From the NCBI GenBank assembly GCA_050486505.1, contig JBJHDK010000036.1, forward strand, positions 1 to 24,760: a DNA stretch of 24,760 nt, given 5' to 3'. Below the pieces are notes generated by a model. It worked only from the letters and a program-made list of their open reading frames with translations. It was not told the origin of the DNA and made no database searches. Both the position numbers and the translations under genes were made by a program. The DNA comes from Fibrobacteria bacterium (GTDB lineage Bacteria; Fibrobacterota; Fibrobacteria; UBA11236). Shown in pieces: positions 16,483 to 24,760 of this stretch. The first letter of the stretch is position 1. Each line of letters begins with the position of its first letter.

Positions 16483-16938
16483 ATGGACACAAAAATCACT
16501 CCCCTCGCCAAGGACAAGCACATCGCCCTGGTGGCGCACGACCACCTGAAGAAGGACTTGGTCGAGTGGGCGAAGTTCAACAAGGTGCTGCTCGCCCACC
16601 ACACGGTGTACGCCACGGGCACGACGGGCGGCCTGCTCGAGAAGGAGCTGGGCATTCCGGTCGTCAAGTTCCAGAGCGGCCCGCTGGGGGGCGACCAGCA
16701 AATCGGCGCGCGCATCGTGGACGGCACCATCGACTTCCTGATCTTTTTCTGGGACCCCCTGCAACCCGCCCCGCACGACCCGGACGTGAAGGCCCTGCTG
16801 CGCCTGGCGGTGGTGTGGAACATTCCCATCGCCTGCAACCGCGCCTCGGCCGACTTCCTCATCTCCTCGCCGCTGATGGATGAAGTCTACCCGCGCCGCG
16901 TGCCCGACTACAGCGGCTACCGCAACCGGCAGCTCTGA
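16483..16938 (+). CDS. mgsA: Methylglyoxal synthase
   Basis: [49 protein letters not shown]. Confidence 0.96.
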   Translation: MDTKITPLAKDKHIALVAHDHLKKDLVEWAKFNKVLLAHHTVYATGTTGGLLEKELGIPVVKFQSGPLGGDQQIGARIVDGTIDFLIFFWDPLQPAPHDPDVKALLRLAVVWNIPIACNRASADFLISSPLMDEVYPRRVPDYSGYRNRQL

Positions 16939-17001
16939 TCGCCTTCGCCCCTCGCGTGGGGCATGGATTAGTGCGGACCGAATGCGCCTTGGCGGCGGCT
17001 T

Positions 17002-17514
17002 CTATTCTTGCCGCTGGTAAAAGATGCGATGCCCGGCGTAATTCGTTACAGGGACTGTCACGATAAACGAACCCGACCCGATCGTATTGGCAGAAGTGTC
17101 CTGCGACATGCGCGATGACACGGAATAAGCCGGCGTCCTGTTTCCGGGAAACGTGATCCAAAAACCATCGTCACGGAGTTCCAGGGTGAGGTTCTGGTCG
17201 GGATAGCGCTCCCACAACGTCCAGTCCGCCGCCCCGCTGCAGGACGATGCCCGCTGCCTGGCCACGCTTTCCGTGAACGTCATCCGATGATCGTTCGCCG
17301 TCCATTTCCCCCGCTGCTCGCGCAACCGGCATTCATGCAGGCTGGTTCGAAAGACATAGCTGCCCTGATAGGAAAGAAGCACTGTGTCTCGATTTGCGAT
17401 CCCGGTACTGACGTAAACACCCGGCTCCGGCCCTTTCGCCTCGAACAGATCGCAAGCCGTCAAGCCGAGAACGGCGAGCGCGCACCAGGCCGGAACGGAT
17501 TTAGCGAAAGCCAT
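17002..17514 (-). CDS. Hypothetical lipoprotein
   Basis: ATG 17514 with GGAG SD; signal peptide ending in lipobox LTAC; beta-rich mature region; no recognised family. Confidence 0.65.
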   Translation of the reverse strand: MAFAKSVPAWCALAVLGLTACDLFEAKGPEPGVYVSTGIANRDTVLLSYQGSYVFRTSLHECRLREQRGKWTANDHRMTFTESVARQRASSCSGAADWTLWERYPDQNLTLELRDDGFWITFPGNRTPAYSVSSRMSQDTSANTIGSGSFIVTVPVTNYAGHRIFYQRQE

Positions 17515-17519
17515 GCAGG

Positions 17520-17897
17520 TTACTCCAAAAACCGGATCGACAAGGGGTAGCGCCACGCCTCACCGTTGTTGGCCTTGATCCCCCCAACCAACGGGAAGAT
17601 CACGGCGAGCACCCCCAACACCACCAGCAACGGAATTCCGATCAAAAGAAAAACGAGGATCGATGATACCACGACATAAATAACGAAGGACATGATCCAG
17701 TTCAGTGCGATCTTGCCATGGACATCGATGCCCGGCAGGTCGTTCTTCTTGAGCTGCCAGATGACGATGGGGGCCACGAGGCCGGCGAGCGGCACGATGA
17801 AGCCTGCCAGCAGCGAAAGGTGGAGCGTCATCGCCCAGAGCCGCGTCTCACGCTCCCGATCGGGGACGGTTCCGAAAGTCGGTTCTTCAGGGGTCAT
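17520..17897 (-). CDS. DUF4870-like (Tic20-like) membrane protein
   Basis: WAMTLHLS, PIVIWQLKK, HGKIALNW, GIKANNGEAWRYPLSIRF pattern. Confidence 0.85.
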   Translation of the reverse strand: MTPEEPTFGTVPDRERETRLWAMTLHLSLLAGFIVPLAGLVAPIVIWQLKKNDLPGIDVHGKIALNWIMSFVIYVVVSSILVFLLIGIPLLVVLGVLAVIFPLVGGIKANNGEAWRYPLSIRFLE

Positions 17898-18014
17898 GGG
17901 GTCTCCGGAGTGAGGGTTCGGTGTAAATCTAGTGTCGTCGTGATTGAATGGACGGAATGGACTGTTTTCACGATATGAAGGAGTCTGTTTCTCCGGAAGG
18001 TCTAAAAGGCTCCT

Positions 18015-19556
18015 CTAGAAACGGTTTTCAACGGCGATGTGGAGCAACCCGTCCCCGAAGGTGCGGTCGGGATTGAGCGCATAGCTCAGGAGCATGCTCC
18101 AATCGCCCTGCGACAGCTCGATCCCGCTGCCATAGCCCAGCACGCCACGCGGATCATACGCCCCGGTCAATTGATTGACGAGACCCGGCGAGGCAAAGGC
18201 GAAGAGGCGGCCGCGGCGCCCCGCCCATAGATACAACTCCGCGTCGCCAAGCGCATACGCATTGGTCTGGAACTCGCGCTCGCGGTAGCCGCGCAGGCTG
18301 CGCGTGCCGCCCACATAGTGGATCTCGCCGCGGTTGAGGCGATCAAGCGGCCAGTTGGTGGCCGCGCGCAGTCCGAGGCGCATTCCCGCGCGCGCGCCAA
18401 GCGGCCGCCACACTTCGCCCGCGACCACCGCCTGCACGAGGTAGTAGGTGCTGTCCCCCGCCCCGGCGGCTCCAGCCTCGCCCGTGTCCTCGAGTTCGCG
18501 GCGCAGCCCGGTCAGCCCCGCGTCGGCGCGATACCCGGCACGCGTGAAGGGCGCGCGGTCGCGGCCGTCGAAGAGCAGGCGCACGCCCGAGCGCCATGCG
18601 CGCGTGCCGAGGCCTGCCAGTGCGTCGTTGTTGCCCTGCGCGCCGAAGGATGCCTCCACGCGGCTGTTGAAGTTGAGATCGCGGAAAAACACCAGGTCCT
18701 GGTTCCACTCCCAGAACAGGGTGTCCTGTTGCAGGAACCCGAACTCCGCGCGCGCGCCGACGGGAAGCCCGAGGATCCACGGTTCCACGTAGGCGGCCTG
18801 CACCTCGCGCTCGTAGCCGGTGCGATTGTCGAAGGTGAAGGACAGGTCGCGCGCCGTGCCCAGGATGTTGACGAGGCGCACGTCGAGGAACCCCGTGAGC
18901 GACGACGCGCCGTCCGCCGCTTCCGTATCATAGCCGAGCAATCCCCCCACCGTGTTCACGCGCGCGTCGGGGAGGCGCAGCTGCGGGTACAACACGTTGC
19001 GCGCGGGATCGCGGAACATCCCGGTCCACTCGGCCGAGTCGAAGTACCCGCTGCGGCGCAGGCGCTGCAACCCACGCTCGATGCGCGACTGGTCGAAGTC
19101 CTCGCCTTCCTCCCACAACGCCAGGCGCAGCACGGTTTCGGGGCGCGTGCGCGTCTCCGAGACGCGGGGCAGCGCCAGCTTGTACGCGCCCCCGCGCCGC
19201 GCGCGGAAGGTCACGTCGACGAAGGGAAGACCGGATGCATCGGGGGTCGCTTCGGCGAGCAGCTCCGCGAAGGGGAACCCGGTGTCGAGATAGTGCCTGC
19301 GGGCGCGCTCCTGCAGGGCTTCGAGGTTCGCGCGGCTCGCCTCCGCGCCGATGAACCGGCGCGGTGCGAAGGCCTCGACCTCGCCGCGCCCGTCCTGAAG
19401 GCTGATCCCGCGCAGCCGGAACACCGGCCCGCGCTCCCACCCCTCCGGAGCTTCGACGTCGACCCGGGCCCCCCAATACCCCTCCTCCATCGCTTTGGCA
19501 ACCAGGGAATCCGGTGAGGTCGCGAATGCGACGACGGCTGTCAACGCGATGATCAA
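18015..19556 (-). CDS. Omp85 (BamA/TamA-like) outer membrane protein
   Basis: POTRA-like segments (YLDTGFPFA; IERGLQRLRRSGYF), NILGTAR, GGTRSLRGYRE (Omp85 RG[YF] motif), C-terminal Phe. Start uncertain: TTG 19556, ATG 19682 and ATG 19871 are all in frame. Confidence 0.8.
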   Translation of the reverse strand: MIIALTAVVAFATSPDSLVAKAMEEGYWGARVDVEAPEGWERGPVFRLRGISLQDGRGEVEAFAPRRFIGAEASRANLEALQERARRHYLDTGFPFAELLAEATPDASGLPFVDVTFRARRGGAYKLALPRVSETRTRPETVLRLALWEEGEDFDQSRIERGLQRLRRSGYFDSAEWTGMFRDPARNVLYPQLRLPDARVNTVGGLLGYDTEAADGASSLTGFLDVRLVNILGTARDLSFTFDNRTGYEREVQAAYVEPWILGLPVGARAEFGFLQQDTLFWEWNQDLVFFRDLNFNSRVEASFGAQGNNDALAGLGTRAWRSGVRLLFDGRDRAPFTRAGYRADAGLTGLRRELEDTGEAGAAGAGDSTYYLVQAVVAGEVWRPLGARAGMRLGLRAATNWPLDRLNRGEIHYVGGTRSLRGYREREFQTNAYALGDAELYLWAGRRGRLFAFASPGLVNQLTGAYDPRGVLGYGSGIELSQGDWSMLLSYALNPDRTFGDGLLHIAVENRF

Positions 19557-19706
19557 CCCCTGCAGGGCTGACGGGATGACTTGCCGTGCTCGCTTCGCTG
19601 TGCGCGGCGAAGTAATCCCTCGCCCTTCAAACCATTCTTTGCAGAACGTTTTCCAGACGAAGACGGATCGCAAGGTTGTCATCGCAACAAACAAACGAAG
19701 TTTTCG

Positions 19707-19871
19707 ATGAGCGCCCCCAACCAAGGGATTTCGATTGCGAGACCGAGCGAGAAGCTTGCCAAGCAGGAGCGCGAAGCAGCGATATTGGAATAAATATCGC
19801 GATGCAGCGCGACGAACTTGGCGGGCTTCGCAGCCGGTCATAGCCGAAAGACATTGGTTGGGGGCGCGCAT
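19707..19871. repeat. 165-bp palindromic (MITE/RPE-like) element
   Basis: Terminal IR atgAgcgcccccaaccaa / ttggttgggggcgcGcat (17/18); inner stems 19751-19763/19817-19829 and 19779-19786/19793-19800. Confidence 0.75.
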
Positions 19872-22800
19872 TAAAACACCGCCCTCACCTCGGCGCTGAA
19901 ACGCTGCGCCCAGGACGCCTCGCCCGGATCGAGGCGCGCGAGGTAGCTCGCGTTCAGGTGCAGGCGCGATTGCAGCGCCGACTGCGCCACCGCCTCGAAA
20001 CGGTGCGTGACTCCGCGGCGGTAGCCGTCCGTGACGAAGAACCCTCCGTCGCCCTCGCCGAACAGCCAGTGCACGCCGTATTCCGCCGAGGCGCGCCCAC
20101 CGAAAAAGCCGCCCTTCTCGACGCGCGCGCGCGGCACGATCGCCTGCAGGTCGACGGGAAACCCTGCGTCGTCTCCCTCGGTATGACGGTACTCGAGGGA
20201 TGGGATGAGCGTCAGCGCCCCGGGGAAGCGCCGGTAGAGCAAGGTCTGCGCGCGCCGCGTGTCCACGCGCGTGAGCGTGGCGAATGCGGAAAGCCCTTCG
20301 CGCTGCCGCGACTCGAGCGCGCCGATCCACGCGGACTCCCACTGCAGCGACCACTCGTGGCGATACTCGCCGCGCGTCTCCTGCAGCAGGGAACGCGAGG
20401 CGAAGGCGCCCGCCTCCCTGGCGAACTCGCGCCGGTGGCGCAGGTGTGCCGAGCGCCCGCCCTCGGGATGCGTCCAGCGCAGGGCGGGCTCGTAGCGCGT
20501 GCGCCCGGAACGGACTTCCTCGATTTGCGCGTCGGTGAAGCGCGGCAGCGGGAGTCCCTGTCCCGCGCTGTCCTGATGGTCGGTTTCCACGTCGAGGGAG
20601 AAGTCGATGTCGGCGAGCACGCCGCCCGGGGAGACCAGCCAGCGGCCCGGCGACAGGTCGAGGCGAAAGCTCCATTGAAGGTCCTGATAGGGGCGCTCTC
20701 CCACCGTGGTGTCGCGCACCAAGCCGACAAGCACGTAATCCCCACCGGTTTCCACGGGGAAGTACGCGTTGAGGCCGGGGTCGAAGATGTAGTCGCCGCG
20801 CCCGGAATCGACCTGCACGAAGGACTCGACCAGCGGCGTCTCGGCCGTGCGGGTGGCGCGGTAGTGCATGTGCGCCCCGTAACCGCGCAGCATGTTCGAG
20901 ACGAAGAGGTTGGCCTCGGCCTGATGGTACACGAACTCCTCGGCCTCGAGGGCGCGCCCGGTCACCTGCTGCCCCCCGTCGGTTTGCGGGAGCCACACGC
21001 GCTGGCTGCGGCGCGCCACGAAGAGGTCGCCGCCCGCGGGGCCCCAGGCCAGGAGACGAAGACGCTGCGCCACCCCCATGTCGATCAGGGAGTCCTCCGG
21101 CGCGGCGAGGGTGGCGTCGTAGTTGGAACGGCCGTACAACCCGTCGACCTCGGTGGTCCAGATCCAGCGATCGCCGAGGAGGGGGCTCTCAAGCGCGGCG
21201 CGAGGCTGCACAAGGTCGGAACGGGCCAGCACATCAGTGCTGATTTCCGTAACCCACTCATCGTAAAGGCCTTGTATCGATCCTTTCCACCCCCCGTAGA
21301 GCCTTTCGTTCGTAAGCCGTACTCGCTGGTTGTCGCGTCTCAGAGGATCCAGCGCATTCTTCCACTCCACGTTCAATTCCAGAAGGTTGTTTCTCCGTTC
21401 CTCCCTGTAAAAAACCTCGCCGCGGCGGGACTCGACCGGCAACGCCACCGTCTCGCCGCCGGTCGTGTCGAGGCGCGTGCCCGCGGCATATCCCGCACCG
21501 CCGCCCACCTGCACGCCTGTCCACAGCTCGACCCCCACCCGCACGCGGTTGGCGTCGAAGTCGCGCTCCCCCACCGCGGCGTCGAGGTTCCACAGGTCGC
21601 GGAACGTGCGCGTCTCGACGAGTTGCCGAAAGGAGTTGTAGTCGCGCGAGCGGTGTTCATGCTCGGGCTCCACGATCAGGCGCCCCACGCCGCCCTCGTT
21701 GATCGGTGCGCCGAAGCGATGCACGCCCCGGTAGCGCGTCGACCAGCCGAGGTTGTCGTCGTTGTCGCGGCCGGAGTAAAGGTTCCGGTCGAGCACGCTG
21801 CCCAGCACGCTGAAGCGCGCTTGGCCCGCCTCGCCCCCCTCCCAGTCGGCCGACCACACCGCGGCCCCCAGGCGTTGGGGCATCCGCACGGGGTTGCCGA
21901 GGGAGTCGAAGACGGGGGCATCCCCCGCCTGCTCCCATTCCTGAAGGGTCGCGGCATCGGGCAGCCCCGTGGCGGGGTTCTCCTTGTCCTCGCTTTCCTG
22001 GATGGCGCGCAGGCTGAAACGGAACGGCCCCAGCGTGTCGGCGACTTCCGCGGCCACGAGAATGCGCGGGTAACTGTCCTCGGTGTACTGGAACTCGGCG
22101 GAAAAGAGGTTCTCGCCCGTGACCCACACGTTGTTGGTGAAGTCGATGCGGCCCTGCGAGTAGTCGATGGTGTAGTCGGTGCCGCGCCGCAGCAGCACGC
22201 CGTTGCGCCAGATGCGCTCGGTGCCCGCCAGCACGGTGATGTAGGTGTTGCCGTCGCGACCGCGCAGGTAGTAGCCCCGCTGCTTGCCGTCCACCCCGCG
22301 CAAGGTGTCGGAGTGGAACAAGCCCTTGCTACGGGCGAAGCTCACGGTTCCGCTGCGCCCCCCGTCGCCGTAGCGCAGGCGCGCCCCCTCCGCCTGGATG
22401 AAGAACAGATCCTCGCCCGCGCGGCCGTGCTCGAGGTTGTAGTCCCCCAGGAGGTACTCGTACTGGCGGCCGTACACGCGGAGGTATTTGTTGTCCACCT
22501 CGCGCAAAGTCGTGGTGTTCCCCTCGGGTTGCACGGGCACGTTCTGGTCCGACAGGCTGCCCTCGAGCCACACGTTCTCCGCGATCTGGCCCTCGAGATT
22601 GACGAACAGGGCCGCGTCGAGCCCCAGCGCCCCCCCCTGCCCCACCGACACCGCGATGGATTTGCTGCCTGATAACTCGATCTCGTAAGCTCCCGTGTCC
22701 AAAGGACTTGTGGATTCCCCGGAAATTATCGGAAACGCGGATTCGGGAGCGGTGTCAGAGCGAGCGACGCCGGGAGGCGGCAGCACCGGAACGTCGTCGA

Positions 22801-23158
22801 AGGTGTAGAGGTTCATGCGTGGAGAGGGCAACGCCGGGGCGACATACCGGACGATGCAGAGTTTTCCGCCGGGTCCCCCGTCGGCCGGGAAGACCAAGGC
22901 GATCACACCCCGCTCTCCCGCATCTTCGATCCGGATGAAATCCGTGTCCTCGACCAGCGCTTCCCCGTCCCGCAGCAACCGCACCGGGCCGTCAACGCGA
23001 CCGATGCGCAGGGTGTCCGCCGCGGTAGCCGTCGTGTCCAGGCAATCCCACTGCGGGAGATGCCCGGGAATGACGGGGGCTTCCCAACCGGGAGGCGCGG
23101 ACTCTCCGGCACTGGCCGGGAGCGCCGCGAGCAAGGTCAGGAAGGCGGCGGCGATCAC
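19871..23158 (-). CDS. Large (about 1095 aa) putative outer-membrane beta-barrel protein
   Basis: GTG 23158 overlaps the upstream TGA; signal peptide ..LPASA|G; many amphipathic strands; ends SAEVRAVF; DQNVPVQPEGNT and LLRRGTDYTIDYSQGRIDF segments. Confidence 0.8.
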   Translation of the reverse strand: MIAAAFLTLLAALPASAGESAPPGWEAPVIPGHLPQWDCLDTTATAADTLRIGRVDGPVRLLRDGEALVEDTDFIRIEDAGERGVIALVFPADGGPGGKLCIVRYVAPALPSPRMNLYTFDDVPVLPPPGVARSDTAPESAFPIISGESTSPLDTGAYEIELSGSKSIAVSVGQGGALGLDAALFVNLEGQIAENVWLEGSLSDQNVPVQPEGNTTTLREVDNKYLRVYGRQYEYLLGDYNLEHGRAGEDLFFIQAEGARLRYGDGGRSGTVSFARSKGLFHSDTLRGVDGKQRGYYLRGRDGNTYITVLAGTERIWRNGVLLRRGTDYTIDYSQGRIDFTNNVWVTGENLFSAEFQYTEDSYPRILVAAEVADTLGPFRFSLRAIQESEDKENPATGLPDAATLQEWEQAGDAPVFDSLGNPVRMPQRLGAAVWSADWEGGEAGQARFSVLGSVLDRNLYSGRDNDDNLGWSTRYRGVHRFGAPINEGGVGRLIVEPEHEHRSRDYNSFRQLVETRTFRDLWNLDAAVGERDFDANRVRVGVELWTGVQVGGGAGYAAGTRLDTTGGETVALPVESRRGEVFYREERRNNLLELNVEWKNALDPLRRDNQRVRLTNERLYGGWKGSIQGLYDEWVTEISTDVLARSDLVQPRAALESPLLGDRWIWTTEVDGLYGRSNYDATLAAPEDSLIDMGVAQRLRLLAWGPAGGDLFVARRSQRVWLPQTDGGQQVTGRALEAEEFVYHQAEANLFVSNMLRGYGAHMHYRATRTAETPLVESFVQVDSGRGDYIFDPGLNAYFPVETGGDYVLVGLVRDTTVGERPYQDLQWSFRLDLSPGRWLVSPGGVLADIDFSLDVETDHQDSAGQGLPLPRFTDAQIEEVRSGRTRYEPALRWTHPEGGRSAHLRHRREFAREAGAFASRSLLQETRGEYRHEWSLQWESAWIGALESRQREGLSAFATLTRVDTRRAQTLLYRRFPGALTLIPSLEYRHTEGDDAGFPVDLQAIVPRARVEKGGFFGGRASAEYGVHWLFGEGDGGFFVTDGYRRGVTHRFEAVAQSALQSRLHLNASYLARLDPGEASWAQRFSAEVRAVF

Positions 23159-24024
23159 GGAGTCTCGGGACCGGGAAACACCTCGAGCGCGCGCCGCGCG
23201 GGCAGGTGACGAAACAAGGGCGCGTCCGTCCCGACTTGTGCGTCGGCGGCGAGCCCTTCGATGACCCACGCGCCCGGGTCGCGCTCCCAGCGCAGGCGCG
23301 AGGGCGGGCGCGTGGGGAGCGGCTGCCCGGCGGCGGCGGACTCCGGATCGAGCGGCAGGCGGTTGAGGGCCGCGTCGAAGCGCACCGGCGCGACGCCGCT
23401 TCCCCCGGACGCGCGTTCGCGCCCGAGCACGCAGGCGAGTTCGTGCGTTCCGGGCGGCTGCATGCAGTCGCGCACCCCCAGCGGAAGCTTTGCCTGTCCG
23501 CGCATCACCCATTCTCCGGCGCCTTCGGACCCTCGCCGCTCGGCGTATTGCCACGCTTCCCCGGCGGAGTAGTCGATGAAGGTGAAGGCGTCTGAACCGG
23601 CGCGGAACACGGCCATGCGCCCCGCAGGGAAAGGCGTGAAGCGCGCGGGCAGCGGGAAGGTGGAGATCAATCCCCCGGTGGAGTCATGCAGCACGAGGCG
23701 CGCCGAGGCGGCATCGAGCACGTGAAAATGCCCGCGCGCGGCGGGGAGGACCTGAACGGGACGATAGGGGCCTGAGGGGGGGGCGATGTTGAACCAAACC
23801 TCCGCCCGGGGACTTCCTGCCGGCCAGGCTTCGGCGCGGGCCGGCACGCGGGCGAACAGGCGTCCTCCCTGGCGAAAAACCTGCCATGTCTCGCCCGCCG
23901 GCAAGACGGCGTCGATGACGGGGGACGAAGCCGGACCGCCCGCAAGGTCCCCGCCCGAGCGCGGCGCGGCGCAGGCGACGAGCCCCGCGATGACGGAAAC
24001 CGCGAGAAGGAGACGAAGCGGCAC
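23155..24024 (-). CDS. Hypothetical lipoprotein
   Basis: Hydrophobic signal ending in LVAC; stop coupled to the next start by GTGA; start codon uncertain. Confidence 0.6.
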   Translation of the reverse strand: MPLRLLLAVSVIAGLVACAAPRSGGDLAGGPASSPVIDAVLPAGETWQVFRQGGRLFARVPARAEAWPAGSPRAEVWFNIAPPSGPYRPVQVLPAARGHFHVLDAASARLVLHDSTGGLISTFPLPARFTPFPAGRMAVFRAGSDAFTFIDYSAGEAWQYAERRGSEGAGEWVMRGQAKLPLGVRDCMQPPGTHELACVLGRERASGGSGVAPVRFDAALNRLPLDPESAAAGQPLPTRPPSRLRWERDPGAWVIEGLAADAQVGTDAPLFRHLPARRALEVFPGPETP

Positions 24025-24070
24025 GGAGGGTTTCAGGGAGCCGCCGGGCTGTTCGAAACGTTGCGGGTTC

Positions 24071-24099
24071 GCGCACACTGAATGCGCAACCGGTTGCGC
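24071..24099. promoter_or_regulatory. Tandem dyads, candidate activator or repressor site
   Basis: GCGCA-N7-TGCGC (24071-24087) overlapping the perfect 16-bp palindrome GCGCAACCGGTTGCGC (24084-24099). Confidence 0.45.
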
Positions 24100-24161
24100 G
24101 GTCTTTCCCGCTCCGTGCGCGCGAAGCAGTGAAAACAGGGGAAAACGCGAACCCCGGGCGA

Positions 24162-24177
24162 TGGCATGCGGGTTGCA
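24162..24177 (+). promoter_or_regulatory. Sigma54 -24/-12 promoter
   Basis: TGGCATGCGGGTTGCA fits TGGCA-N6-TTGCA with exact GG-N10-GC spacing; 13 nt before ATG 24191. Confidence 0.75.
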
Positions 24178-24190
24178 TTCCCGTCGCGCC

Positions 24191-24733
24191 ATGAAGACAT
24201 CCAACCCGACCTCCGAACACTATTGTGAGCGCCTTCACGAACTCTTTCTGCGGCATCACGCCTTCGTGCGGCAAGTCTGCCTCCGATATGTACAAAACCC
24301 CGAAGAGGCGGATGATCTTGCGCAGGAGGCCTTGCTGAAGGCCGCGCGCGGGTGGGATCGCTTCACCGGCGAATGTCGTCCGGCGACGTGGTTGTATCGC
24401 GTCGCGGCGAACCATTGCATCGACTACCTGCGCCGCCGCCGGCGTCAGGTCGCCCTGGCGCTGGCCTATACCGAGGATCTGGATCTTGTGCGCGAGGAGT
24501 TCGACGGCGGTGCGGAGGATTTCACCTGCCCGGCCCGCGAAGTGCGCGAGGCATTGGAGGAGGATCTCGATCCGGTGGACCGCCACGTGTTGTATCTGCG
24601 CTTCGACCTGGGCCTGACGCAGGAGGGTATTGGTGAGGTGTGGGGCGTGTCACGGACGATGGCGGGAAAACGACTGGCCCGCATCGAACGGAAGGCGCCG
24701 TTGCCGTCCGGGGTCGGCGCCGTGACGTGGTAG
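24191..24733 (+). CDS. ECF-type sigma-70 factor
   Basis: Region 2 EADDLAQEALLKA..TWLYRVAANHCIDYLRR and region 4 LRFDLGLTQEGIGEVWGVS; 180 aa. Confidence 0.88.
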   Translation: MKTSNPTSEHYCERLHELFLRHHAFVRQVCLRYVQNPEEADDLAQEALLKAARGWDRFTGECRPATWLYRVAANHCIDYLRRRRRQVALALAYTEDLDLVREEFDGGAEDFTCPAREVREALEEDLDPVDRHVLYLRFDLGLTQEGIGEVWGVSRTMAGKRLARIERKAPLPSGVGAVTW

Positions 24734-24760
24734 CCGTCGCCCGAGAGGCCGTAGCCGACG

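Noticed and set aside
16939..17001. Terminator between mgsA and the convergent lipoprotein gene
   Set aside because: Only a 5-bp gcccc/ggggc stem and no U-tract.
17938..17973. tcgtga...tcacga dyad enclosing a GAATGGAC(G/T) x2 repeat
   Set aside because: Too short and single-copy here to distinguish from chance.

Overview
GC-rich chromosomal window of a diderm bacterium; the gene content suggests an FCB-group organism such as Fibrobacterota, which is an inference. It is mostly housekeeping: the 3' part of a lipid A acyltransferase-like gene; the EF-P beta-lysylation locus (epmA, efp, epmB); a long minus-strand cluster lptC-lptA-lptB-rpoN-hpf-hprK-mlaD-GH57-ptsH-ptsI; MATE-thioesterase-mgsA; a DUF4870-like protein and a lipoprotein; a lipoprotein / giant beta-barrel / Omp85 cluster; and an ECF sigma factor behind a near-consensus sigma54 promoter. 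The most unusual signal is non-coding. Three intergenic elements (526-703, 8655-8805, 16316-16466) share one architecture: inverted arrays of 7-bp repeats enclosing an 80-81 bp core whose last 31 nt plus the following CAA align without gaps in all three copies. They abut stop codons, and where they face a gene start the outermost heptamer reads as a TAnnnT -10-like box. At least three further kinds of palindromic repeat occur, two of them within open reading frames. I saw no CRISPR array, rRNA, tRNA or transposase.
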